Made by a program: the position numbers and the translations under genes. A DNA stretch of 64,000 nt, taken from positions 1,116,001 to 1,180,000 of the forward strand of contig CP089279.1 in assembly GCA_023920165.1 (NCBI GenBank), given 5' to 3'. Below are positions 47,299 to 59,001 of the stretch, one piece after another. Within the stretch, counting starts at the first letter, position 1; each line of letters begins with the position of its first letter. The notes beneath the pieces are model-generated. The model was not told the DNA's origin. It was given only the letters and a program-made list of their open reading frames with translations, and ran no database searches. Origin of the DNA: Curvularia clavata. Lineage: Eukaryota.

Positions 47299-49203
47299 CT
47301 ACGACTTCTCAATATCATCTGCTTCCACCCCCTCTCTCGTACGGAAACTGCCTCTCCTTCTACCCCCACTACCTCTTCTCTCATCCTTATCCCCTATAGC
47401 GCTAGACCTGCTCTCACCTCTCTCTGCCTCATCGCCTTCCCGCAACACCGCTGCATTTTCTACACGCAACACTGGTTCCCTCTCCACGACCTCACCATGG
47501 TTTCCGCCCACGCTCTCCATAGTAAACGGGCTGGCCGTCGGCGCATCCAGCACGCCTAGCTCCTGCGGGGAAAAAAACCGCGGCATCAGCCACGTACGCA
47601 TGGGGATATACAGGAGAATGAAGACGGGAAACCCTATTGCGGCAATGGTCTGCGTGATGGCGAATGTAGCACCGAAGCCAATGAGTTCCAGGCCGACAAA
47701 AGCCCAGATGACCCAGCGGCGCTCGATGCGTAGCAGCGGCTCTGATTTGGGTGTGAGGTGCCGGTCGCGCGCGAGGAAGAGCAGTTTGAGCGTTATGCCG
47801 TTTGCCTCGAGGGCTTGGATGCCCATGACGAAGAAGAGGCCGGCAAGCACGGCTTGTGGGATGAGGTGGAGGACGATGAGGAGAGGGCCCGTCATGGTGC
47901 CAAGGGTTAAGAGGCCTTGGGCGAGGTTCGATACGCGTTGCTCCACGACGTGATCGACGACAGTCCGCGTGTGGCCTTTGTTCGCCTCACCGTCGCTGTC
48001 GCCGCTGCCATCATCGGAAACGGTGCGCGTGACGCACAGCGATGTTGTGTGGAAAGGTGCCTGGGGGATGAGGCCGTTCGGAAACGGGATGCCGAGGAGA
48101 CCAGCGACACCCGTCGTTAGCCCGAGGAGAAACAAGTCCCAGTGGAACCCCGCTGGTTTCCGCAGCGGGAACTCAGTACCCTGTGCGATCAGACTCGAGA
48201 CGTTGTGGTCGAACCAGAACAGGATGGTGAGCAGGATTGCAAACGGGATCGCCAGAAACACATCGCCAACGCTGATGTCCCAAAAGTGGATGAACCACCC
48301 GCGGTCAGTTGTCGGAAAGAAGGCTTTGGATGTGGGTAGCTTGAGCAATTCGATGCCGGACATCTTGCCAATGTGGACAAATCCCGTGAAGAACACAACC
48401 GTCAGAGGCGTGCCGTAGTCCTCAATGAACTTCCTCACATGGCGCTGCAGGAGCGACGATTGCCCAATAATGCCACAGATATACGCTACTGCCGTCACTA
48501 GAAGCGCAATCACGATCGATAGATATGCTGATGCATCGCTGACGTGCCACTGCCGCGTCAGCACCTGGATACCCTTCTGCAGATAGATAAACGCAACGTA
48601 AAAGCCGAAGATGTCGCAGGAAAAGCGCGTAACGTATCGCAAACCATTACAAGAATTGGTAATGGCCAGAATCCAGTGGAAGATAAGCGACCAGATGCCA
48701 ATCCAGCACATAAAGGCGAAGTAGTTGGTGCCGCGCGGGACCATGATGTCGTAGACGGTGTAATTAAACACCGTGATGGGACCCGTCACACCCACAATGA
48801 CCAGAGGCTGCGCTGCGGCGATAGAGAAGACTACGGAGGCCAGGACGGAGGCCAGGAGAACTTCGTTCACTCCAAAGCTTTGATTCGTCTTTTCGAACAT
48901 GTCGAGGGAAAAGGCTAGCGCGGGCAGGATGTTGGCAAAGTACATGTACACCGTCGCAGGTACGACGCGATAGTCCCATGCGTCTTTCCAATCGCTCCAG
49001 TAAAAGGGTGCTCGTCGCCGTACATCGTTGATCATGCCACTGAAGAGACTTGTCTTCCACCATGCGGTCTTCTTGGTAGAAGCAGGTTTCCTCGAGGCAT
49101 TGGTTTGCGTGCGGCTGAGATGGCCTTGGTTGGCTGCTCCGTTATCTCTTGAAGGACGCTCCCGCATTTCCGATGAGCGGCTTTCAGGCGCGGGGTCATT
49201 CAT
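47299..49203 (-). CDS. BOR1: HCO3-/borate transporter (SLC4 family, Bor1-like)
   Basis: DVRRRAPFYWSDW, YFANILPALAF, QPLVIVGVTGP, VTRFSCDIFGFYV, FDHNVSSLIAQ...LRKPAGFHWD, NGLIPQAPFHT, VVEQRVSN. Confidence 0.93.
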   Translation of the reverse strand: MNDPAPESRSSEMRERPSRDNGAANQGHLSRTQTNASRKPASTKKTAWWKTSLFSGMINDVRRRAPFYWSDWKDAWDYRVVPATVYMYFANILPALAFSLDMFEKTNQSFGVNEVLLASVLASVVFSIAAAQPLVIVGVTGPITVFNYTVYDIMVPRGTNYFAFMCWIGIWSLIFHWILAITNSCNGLRYVTRFSCDIFGFYVAFIYLQKGIQVLTRQWHVSDASAYLSIVIALLVTAVAYICGIIGQSSLLQRHVRKFIEDYGTPLTVVFFTGFVHIGKMSGIELLKLPTSKAFFPTTDRGWFIHFWDISVGDVFLAIPFAILLTILFWFDHNVSSLIAQGTEFPLRKPAGFHWDLFLLGLTTGVAGLLGIPFPNGLIPQAPFHTTSLCVTRTVSDDGSGDSDGEANKGHTRTVVDHVVEQRVSNLAQGLLTLGTMTGPLLIVLHLIPQAVLAGLFFVMGIQALEANGITLKLLFLARDRHLTPKSEPLLRIERRWVIWAFVGLELIGFGATFAITQTIAAIGFPVFILLYIPMRTWLMPRFFSPQELGVLDAPTASPFTMESVGGNHGEVVEREPVLRVENAAVLREGDEAERGESRSSAIGDKDERRGSGGRRRGSFRTREGVEADDIEKS

Positions 49204-49877
49204 CGCAAGTCCGTGGCTCTGGAATTTTGGCGGTCCAGGAAATGGGTTTTCGGGAGGCGACTATGTCCAAGATGTCGTCATAACAGGTTTTGGCGATGCG
49301 ATTTGCGGATGAAATAGGCGCGACACCAATTGGCAAAATGCAAGCGAAGGGCGAGATTGCATAAGGTGCGAGGAGGACACAGCGACGCAACTTTCCTCCC
49401 ATTGCGACGGCGGATGAGCTTGGTTAATAACGGACTGGTGGAAGAATCGTTGATCGCATACTGACCTCGGCCGTACTCCGGCAATAAGAGGCTAGTTGCT
49501 GCTTGGGCAGAAAGCGGTGACATGGGCACGTGTGAATCAACCGCATCCAAAAGCAGATCTCCACAATAGTCATGGTACGGGCCGAGAAACGCAAAGTATA
49601 CGAGCGGCAGAGGTACCCGAGAAAATTAGGTTTACCGGGTAAATGGTGCACAGGCAATGGCACTTGTAAATATCTGAGTTGCCGCCATAAGCTGTGATGG
49701 GATTCTCATTTCAACTACTCACGCTCTGAACCCGAAAATAGCGGGCCGCGATTACCTGCATACTTAGCTGTACATGGCTTCATCTAGGACCTCCGACTTG
49801 TCACCGAAAGGCTCTCACCAAACCAGCTGTTCACCAATAGTATTGGACCTGCAAAGTTCAGTTAGTAATTCTCCGAA

Positions 49878-52047
49878 TTAGAAGAGTGGATCCCTTCGGC
49901 CGTGGAGGGGTTGCGGTCTTACATTAGGAGTGTTCGCAGAGCTAAGGGCATCCGCCAACAGGGTTGGAAAGTCCTTGGTCTGTCCTTGCTTTGGGGTGTG
50001 AGTCTCCTTGATCGGCTTCTTCTCCTCCATCTCTTTGTACCATAGGTCATCGCAATCTTGTTGTTCGTGGTTTTCGCTGGCAGCAGAAAGTATCTGCCCT
50101 CCTGTTGAAACAGCTGGACCAGCTTGATCGTGGCATAGTTCCTGTCCTATGTAAACCTCATTGTCACATGAGCCGTCATACTGCGGTACAGCCTTTTCTT
50201 GGGCAATAGGAAATTTCTCAACTTCTCTCCCATCAGAAAGCTCATCGGGTCCCTGAGTCCCACGAATCGTAGCCTCACGGACGCAAATTCCCAACATTGC
50301 CTGTAGTGTATATACCGCATCATTTCCAGCATTATGAAGTTTCCAGCCAGTGATGCCAAATTCACACAGGATGTTCCCAAGCTTGGTGGGCTGCTGGTCA
50401 CGGTGCCAGACTCGGTACAAGGTTGCAGTGTCCATGATCGCAATTATGTTTTCCGCCTTGATTGGGTCGTATCCCAGCTGCTGCAAATACCGGACGTCGC
50501 TGAGCGTGTCGTGCCCAAGCAATATGATGTTACGTTGCTCCTCGATTTGGCCAGTTGGTATCCCTTGAGCTCCAAATGGAGTACGAAAACATGCTGCAAC
50601 GTATTGAACGGCTTCCTTGAGCGAAACAAATGTCGATTTGCCGAACATGAAACCATCGGGGTGTCCTACAACATAGCGAGAGTTGACCAGGTGCTTGTAC
50701 TCTTTGATACGAAAGTGGCGCGCCTGGATCATGTTCCTCCATGCTTCCCCGTTGTTGCCTGGTGCAATACCCTGCAAGTCCCGTGTATCCAACGTAGCAA
50801 TCCCTACCTCAGTAATCTTGTGATGATCGCCCTCGTACGATTCTACATCGACACACACGAAGACAACGTCCTGGTCGAATGCAAATGGAACTGGTACAGA
50901 CGTATCAATGGCTGGAGAGGGTCTAGACTGCGCTGGCAGGTGTCCCGGGACAGTTTCGCGGAGACCTAAGTGCCTCTGTGCGCGCTTGAACTGATCTGCC
51001 ATCGCCTTGTTTTTCTCCAAACGCTCTTGCTGTCTCTTCGCCTTTGCTTTTCCCTTGCCTCTTTGCGTCTCTGCAATTGTGCTCATAAGCTGCTCAAAGG
51101 TCTCCAACATGTCCGGTTCAATGTCCGGGTGTGAAGGCTCTCCAACGGTACGAAATGCCTCGCCTGGCGCGCTTGCAGTCATCTCGTCGAAGTCTTGGCG
51201 CGAACGTGAGCGTCCAAGGTATCTGGGTAAGCATCGGGGATGGTCAGGGAAACGTGTAACTAGGCCTTCCTCTCGCTGGTGATCGGTGATTCTGAGGCTG
51301 AGATTAAGACGATTGTTGATTTCATTCAGTAAAGTCTGCGCCTGACTCTCTTTGACGAAAACAAAAGGCTTGGGGGCACTGATAGGCCAGACATAGTAAC
51401 TGTAGTAGTTTGTTAATGGTCATTCTTAGCCCATAAAAAGAATACTGGGTACTGAGTCACGAGAAGTATGCGACCTCATATAAGAGGCAGTCCGCAAACC
51501 ACCCCGTGACTCGATAAAGGGCAGATTGGACTTACAGGTCCCAAACTCGCTCCCAAAACTTTCCTTGATCAAAGAAGGCGGAGGCAATGTCTTGCATATG
51601 GCTCTTGTTACAATACACATATGGGTATTTGGCCAAGGCCTGAATGGGCGTAAAATGATGGTGTGGTGCCGACAGATGTCCGCATTGCAGGTCAGTCACG
51701 GGCGGCTCTGGTGCATCAGAGACAGGCGAAGGACTGGATATTCGCAGCGAGTCAAGGCTCGGGTTGAATGAGCTTGGTGTGTCTTTCACCCAAAGGGAGC
51801 GGCGGTCTGAGTTTTCCACTGGTGAAGTAGCAGTGGCGTGGGATGCTGTCTTCTGGACTGCAGTCTTTTCTTCGAGTACGTGTTGTTCATAGGCAGGCAT
51901 ATCCAGTACGTTTGGTTCAAGAAGAATGCCACCAGAAGAGTCTGAGCTGTCATCGGGAAGGTCTAGCAGGGGCTGGCGGTTAGGGAGGGCGTCGAAATCA
52001 GCTTCAATCAGCTCGCGGAGCTGCTCGAGGCGCTCTGCAGAAATCAT
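49878..52047 (-). CDS. qip: QDE-2-interacting protein (QIP)-like DEDDh 3'-5' exonuclease (RNAi passenger-strand removal), 2 exons
   Basis: LAKYPY...FFDQGKFWERVWDLYY, HP..PRYLGRS, VFVCVDVESYE..ITEVGIATLDTRDL, RHFRIKEY, RNIILLGHD, DTA, HNAGNDAVYTLQAM. Intron 51400-51535 joins the two ORFs in frame. Confidence 0.88.
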
Positions 52048-52640
52048 TGTGATGGGTATGAGTAGTGAGAGAGGGGTTGTTGGTGGAGGAAGGCGGAGAA
52101 GGGTATGTTTGTGGTTTGCGCTTAGACAAATGGAGGGGGCGAGAGCAAACGGTAAAGGGCAACAGGCAACAAGCTCACAGACGAGTTATAGTGCTGAAAA
52201 GCAGCGGTGCATGTACAACATAGCCAGATGGACTTGCTGTCACTACGGGCATTCACACGGGCACTGCAAGTGGCGTCATACCAAGGCGGCAATTTGCTAG
52301 ACGATATATGTAGCTAGCACAGGGGCGGCAAAGCAAAGTGCCATGCCTGGCAACCATGCGTCTCTGCAAGCGTCTCACGGGTGAGGTTGTGGGGTGGAGC
52401 CGGTCCCATGTGTTCCTGAGAGGGATCAGCACACCCTGGCCCAAAGCGGCCTAGCGCCAATCTCAGTACATCCAGCATTGCGACCAGCTCACCCACTACA
52501 GCCCATCACTATCAGCGCATGTCGCAACTCGCACCCTCACAATCGCGCTGGTTCTCACCAACGACTTAGTTGACGCGTGGCTGGAGAGTCTGACGCGTGC
52601 GTCACAAGCCTCCGCCCGCCCTGCCTCCCCGCGATGCGCC

Positions 52641-55242
52641 ATGTCTGAAGCCGACGATGCGCCTGACATGGCCCAACCCGCCCCGAATCCAGATGCCCAG
52701 ACGACCGTCAACGACTTTCTCGACTATACTGAGTTCTTCCCCTCGGACCTGGTGCGCTCGCTGACCCTCATTGCCGACCTCGACTCGACCTACGCCGACG
52801 CCGTCCAGCAGGTCCACGAGCTGACGGTCCAGTATGGCAAGCTGCCTACCCTCCCCGACCAAGACCGCCCCGACCCAGCATTGCTACGCAAACAAATCGC
52901 CCACCATCTCCAGAAGGCCATAAACCAGCGTGAGTTTGCATATACTGAGGCTTCGAGGCTGTATGAGGTCACGGTCCGCCACTGCCAACGCTCGTCTGTC
53001 ATAAAAAGGAAGCTCCAGGCCCAGCCACAGCCACCCTCGCGCGACCCCACGCCCCCGCCAGTCTCTCCCAGCGCACTTCGTCCGGTATATCGCAACTATG
53101 AACGACCTCCTCATATGCGTCTGGCCTTCGACAATGCCCGCAACGCCAATGCCTCGCGACAGCGGGACCGCCACCGCAAAACCAATGCCTCTCATTCCCG
53201 CGGTCGCGGCCGAGGACGTGATGTATCAGACTCGTCGGGTGACTCGGATGATGTGTCAGCTATCCATGTAGCATCGCCTAGAAAGCGTAAGCAGGACAGA
53301 GACAGACACTCGAGACCGGGTGGAGGGCGAGCGCGTGCTGCTGGTGTCTTGGGCACAAACGTGCACAGCTCTATAGCAGGCATATCCACTAGCAATGCCC
53401 TTGCTCAACTTGTGCCCCCACCGGCCGACGCGAAACCCGGTAGCAAGTGGGCACCATGGAAGAAGTTGACCGAGTACGAAATGGCTGTCTTGCGAAAGCA
53501 AATGAAGAAGAACGCCGTCTGGACACCCAGTCAGACCATGATGATCCGCGAACTTGAGAAAAAGCATCGTACAGAGGCCGACTATGAGAGGGAGAAAGCT
53601 CGCTGTGAGGCGACCGGAGAGCCCTTCCTTGACGAAGAGCCAGAAACATTGCAACAGATCATGGCTTCCTCGGGCTTGGGAGCGGCGCCTTCACAAGCTT
53701 CACAGCCAGCCAATCCGCCAGCCTCCACTGAGCCTGTAGAGGAAGAGGGAAAGGACGAAACTGGTCCCGTTAGCATTCGCCTCAAGCCTGTCGTCTCAGA
53801 TGAGGGCAAGAGGCTAGATCGTACGTCACAACGTCAAAAGGCTATGCAAGATGCCCAAGAACTCATTGGTGCTTCCGAAAAGATCAAAGAGGCCGCTGAC
53901 GGGCTAAAAGAACTCAACTTTAGCTCCAATGTTGCCTCGCCTGGGAGCCAGAAGAGAAGATCGGCGCCCAGGCTTGCAACCAAACGAAAACGCGACACGT
54001 CTCCGCCGCCTGCTACGGACGACGACAGTGGATTGATGCGAGAAGCTTCAGTCGACACTCAAGATAGCGCAACTAAACCACCGGATGCAAAGCGCGCACG
54101 GCTACAGCTTATCACCCCGGCGCCCAATAGCGGCTCCTCCCCGATACCGACTCCTGGCTCGATTATTTCCACACCACAAGATATCGCCGCGTCTGCTGTG
54201 CATTCTCCACGAGCAAATGCTCCTGTGCCGCCTGTCGAACCTACTGAGCTTCCAGACAACGGGAACGCTGCCCAGGTACCACTTGCAACAGCCGGTCCTA
54301 GTACTCCAAAAGCTGACAGAGCTGCATCGAAAGAGCTGAGTCCGGAGCTGACGCCTCTGGGAACATCGCCAGCGTTATCTGAAAGGTCTCTGACGGCGCT
54401 AGAGGCATCACCGTCCCCAGTACCACCGCCGCCTACGCAAGTTACAGATCGCGAACCTGTTCTTGCTCCAGCTCCCGCTCCCGCTCCGACTGCCACAACA
54501 GCAGCTTCGACTAGGTCTCGTCGCGAGTCGGTTATTCCAAAGGTACACACACCGCCTGAGGCCTCTCAGCTTCTGAAGACCTCAAAGACACCCACGCCAG
54601 TACCTGAGCCTGCTCCAGACAATTCTGCGCCTCCAACTTTGCGTCCACGTTCTGCGCGCGGACATGTGCCAGCGCCCAAGGCTCAGAGCGAAGAACCAAA
54701 GCCAAATGAACAAGGTAGGATCACTCGCGAAACTCGTCGTTATAGTGTCTTTGGCCAACCTGCCTCTGCCCTCACAGCAAATCCATCGTTACCTGCTACC
54801 CGCACAAGCTCGCGAAGAAAGCCACCCCCAAAAGGCGAAGTCACTGCTGCTGAACATGGCCAGAAGACCGTCACCAATGTCAAGCGCGCTCAAGGTAGCA
54901 AAAACAAAAAGAAGAAGAGGACCGAGGAGGAGGTCGAGGCGGCAGACGACATTGATCCAGATGAGCCAAGATACTGTATCTGTGATGATGTCAGCTATGG
55001 TGCCATGATATCCTGCGACAATAACGTAAGTTTTCTCTCTTCATAACCTCTCTATTCTAGCTGACAATCCGCAGTGCGACCGAGAATGGTTCCATCTCCC
55101 CTGCGTCAACATGACCGAAGACGACATTCCTTCTCGGCGAGCAAAGTGGTACTGTCCCGACTGCCGCACAGCACTCAATACAGACGCCTATGGCAACCCA
55201 CTTGTGCCACCTCCATTGCCAGGACGTCGTGGCAATCGGTAA
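52641..55242 (+). CDS. ING-like PHD finger protein (N-terminal ING helical domain, C-terminal PHD finger), 2 exons
   Basis: DFLDYTEFFPSDLVRSLTLIADLD at the N-terminus; YCICDDVSYGAMISCDNN|CDREWFHLPCV...KWYCPDC across intron 55026-55074; stop TAA 55240-55242. Confidence 0.9.
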
Positions 55243-56116
55243 GTCTCCCTCTTCTCTTGAGGCGGGTACGTATTAATTTTTCAAGAGGATGGAGTACTTA
55301 AGGGTTTCTAGGTCTGTATGAGAGCATGGTTGCAAGGGCACTGGTGCAAACGGCGTTCTAGGAATCAAGTGTATGTTATGTCAGATACCCTTGCTTTTCC
55401 CACTCATGGGTGTAACAGCTTTTCTTTTGACTGGCACTTGGCTTGTAATTTTTACCAACTTTTGTCCCTTATGATGTATTTTGTTGCTTTCTTTCACCCC
55501 TCTTCTTTCGTGGCGAGGTGTCTGGAGTATGCAGTCATTATGTCTACGGACAGCTGCTGGGGTTCGAAAGTAGACATTAGTTCACCACGTAATCAACTTG
55601 AACACTTGTTTACGAAGTTGCATTCTGAGTGTTGACTCTCTTGTGTCGAGCGTTGGGTTTTGCGTAGCTGCCCCTCATCACTAAGCAATCGCGCCATTCA
55701 CAGCATTGCTTGCCACGTCATCTTTCCCATTTCCCACAACACAAAGAACCTCCTTTACCAACCGCAAACATATATGAAGGATCCAGAACCTGAGGCACGA
55801 ATTGCATGTGGCACAACTTCCGGTCGTCATGCGGCGGCATACGCCACTCCAGGCAACAAGACAAGCAATCATATTGTCAAACATACAGTAGCACGTGAAT
55901 AACCTACGGATCGATCCTTTTGTCTAGTATCAAGTTGTTTGTGAGCGTGACGCGCCGAGACGGCACAGTAAGGGCCGTAGATTGACATATAGGTCCCGCA
56001 CGCAACCCATCCCAACTTCTGCCTCCCTCAGCCTTACACGTGAAGTGGTTTGGAATCCCCATACGAGCTAGAAGTTCTACATAGCGTTCTCATTCAACTT
56101 TGAAAACTCGACTCCA

Positions 56117-57758
56117 ATGGCCGAAGCCCACGAAATTCAGAAGCTCATATACACATCCCTTCGAGAAACATTCACTGGAGCCAATGCCCAGCTTCGAAAG
56201 AAGAAGGCTATAAAGAGTCTCCTGGAGCAGCATGAAAGAAGACCACAAATTCAAAATCTCCTTCAGAAAGGATACGATATCGATCGAATCGCTAATCTGG
56301 CTCACACTCTCCTTCAAGACGAAATTTTTGAGTCAACTGCGAAAGCAAAAGCTCGGTTCCCCGAGATTTTTAAAGCGCCTGTATCCTCCGCTGTTGCCCC
56401 AAAGATGATGCAATCCCAGGTTACAACCAATAGTGTAGCGACCACTGAGGTTACAAAACCCAAATCTACCAATAGTGTAACGACCACTGAGGTTGCAAAA
56501 CCCAAATCTACCGATAGCAAGGAAAAGGATGAAAAGAATAACACTGGTAAGAAATTGCATGAATTTGAAAGCTCTGACTAATGCATCCAAAGGCAAACCC
56601 GACATTAAAACTACGAATATTAAGTCTCAGCCTCAAATTCTCCCCGAAACTCCACAGCTTACTACATCGCCTGACTCTATATGTCTGCCATTCTGGTACC
56701 AGCATCGCATCATGGTGCAGATTCAAACAATCCTTGAGAAGGCCTGCTTCAACTTTGCATTGAGGAAATTGGGTGAAATCGTGCAAGCAAACGCGTGGGA
56801 ATGCGCTGAGGCAATTGAATTGAATAGATGGCCGCAGATACTTTTTGAAAATCAAGATAAGCTGGATCGGAAACCTCTGGAGGATATGGAGAAATCTGTG
56901 CCAGATATCTTGACTTCGATCCGTCAAATTCGTCACACTGCTGTCCATCGGCTCCGCCTTCCAGCGAGAAGCGCTCTGGATCTCGTATCGGATGCTGAAG
57001 TATTCGCCAAGCTATTACAGGATAATGCCAGCACTGGAATGATCTCTACGATTCGCCAGCACATTTCAGTTGCTGTCGAGGATATGGAGGAAGCCAAACG
57101 TTCACTTGAGCTGAAAATCAGCGAGATCGAGAAGGATTATGCGGAAAAGAGGATTCAATTGGCTAACGAAGAAGCTGCGATGCTTGCATCTGCAATGAAA
57201 GAGAACAAAGAGAATGATTTCTTTGCAAATGCGAATCCGGATGATACACTGGATGCTCTTATTGCAGCACACGCAAGATGGAATAACAGAGGCGGCATCT
57301 TGCTTTCCATTGATGAAACCCGTGGGCCTGAAAAGAGACATGAGCCAGGCTCGAAGACCGAAGTGGTGCATGATCCCATCATGTCGGTTGAGAAAAGAGC
57401 AGAGCCTAGTGGAAGCTGCGTAACACTTGCTGAATCTCAGCCCAAGCCTGGTAAGGAGTTTGGTCATCCCAGTAAAGATCTCAACGCTCACTCTTCTGAA
57501 GATGTGGCCATGCCAACCACGACATGTGAGACGGGCGGAGACCACCCAGAAAGGCCAAAAGCAGTGGCGATGCTCGATCAATCGAACTTAGCGCCCCGAC
57601 CATATACAGCAGATGGTCCTCCGAAACTCAACGCTACCCTCCATTCTTCTTCGACAAGCGAATGCGAATACTGGGCTACTCCATGTGGTTCCAGATCGCC
57701 TACCCAGAAAGCGCCAACTATGAACGGCTTCAAAGTTTCTGCAGCAACATCAGAGTAA
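56117..57758 (+). CDS. Hypothetical protein with an RxxxxH (RHTAVH) helical domain and coiled coil; HEPN-like candidate, 2 exons
   Basis: Intron 56547-56592 (GTAAGA...CTGAC/CTAAT...AAG) joins ORFs 56117 and 56493 in frame; QHRIMVQIQTILEKACFNF...WECAEAIELNRW...IRQIRHTAVHR. Confidence 0.8.
56426..56517 (+). repeat. 42-bp coding tandem duplication (TNSV(A/T)TTEV(T/A)KPKS x2 plus a partial unit)
   Basis: Units 56426-56467 and 56468-56509 differ at only two positions; partial third unit ACCGATAG. Confidence 0.9.
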
Positions 57759-59001
57759 ATCATGATCGCATTGAGCGTTTTCGTCCCTTTTGCAACGCGT
57801 AAACTCCTACATCAAACTGTTCAATCAATTGGAGTGGACTTTGCACCTTGCTCTTACTGGCTGTGTCCCAGCTCCATTGCCCTGATGAGAGGTCGGAGCC
57901 GGGATACGGGAAATTTAATGTTCTCCTGAAGAACACTGCAACAAAAGTTAAATCAAAACCTTGTCAAATGAAATATCATGGAAAGCCACTTTTGTGCGAT
58001 GGAAGATGGCTCGAGGGAACTGAACTGAACTGAATCGTGCCAAACACTCCGCTTACTAGGTTCGGTTTAGCCCAACTGAGAACTGGAACTGGAACGCAGC
58101 CGACGTATGTATGTCAGTTGCGCTACTGCCGTGCTCAACGGATAGCTCGTATTAACCCAAACGGGTATTGACCTAGTCAAATTGGACTAAATGTCACTGC
58201 ATGGCTGATTGGTAGAAGCCGCCATGCCTCAAATGCCAACGTCTTTTTCTTCAACGCGTACGAGAGCAATGTTACAGGATGTGTTTTTGGATTTCTCACA
58301 TGCTGATTGAATAGTATCTGGGGAAAATGATTGATTCGATTTTGTGTTTGTGGTGAGAGCAGATGACTATAGGACGGTAAAGCTACTCTGATAAGTACTG
58401 ATAATCTGATACTAGATACTGCGAGTCAATGACTCAGTTTCTGTCATCATGGATGCGTTTTCTCTAGAATGTGGTGCATGATGGTCCATAAGATGTGATT
58501 GTAGTCCTTCTTATAGCCACCCTTTCCTACAATTGGTGAAATCGGAAAATCAAAACGAGCTGACCTACAAATGACAAGCTGCAAACACAGCAATAAGTCT
58601 GTGAGAACTACAGCTACTTTTGAACTACATAGGCCGCCATTTTCCGGCTTCACCAGTTGTGGGAGGTCCACCCTAAGATACAAGGCGGTCAAGTAAAAGA
58701 CATTGCTATTGCTGTGTCGAGTAACATCATGCTCACTAGGATCAGTGATATCTTCAGGTGAAGGACAATCTCACTGGTGAGTGGGTGAGCCCTTTAGTTG
58801 TTTGTTGTTTACTCATGTTTCGGCGCGCACTAGATTTTGTGCGTGAACTCACCACTGCACACTTGTTACCTTTTCACCCTCACTCTAGTACGGGTATCCC
58901 CAACAGCAATCAGTCCACTGTAATCCTCTCCACCACCCACCTCCAATGATTCCTGCCTGAATAACTTATCCAGCAACAATAGCAGAAGCTCACAAAGAGC
59001 T

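Noticed and set aside
58010..58180. Possible MITE with ACTAGGT...ACCTAGT inverted ends and GAACT repeats
   Set aside because: The inverted match is only 7 bp with no clear target-site duplication; not supportable without a genome-wide repeat search.
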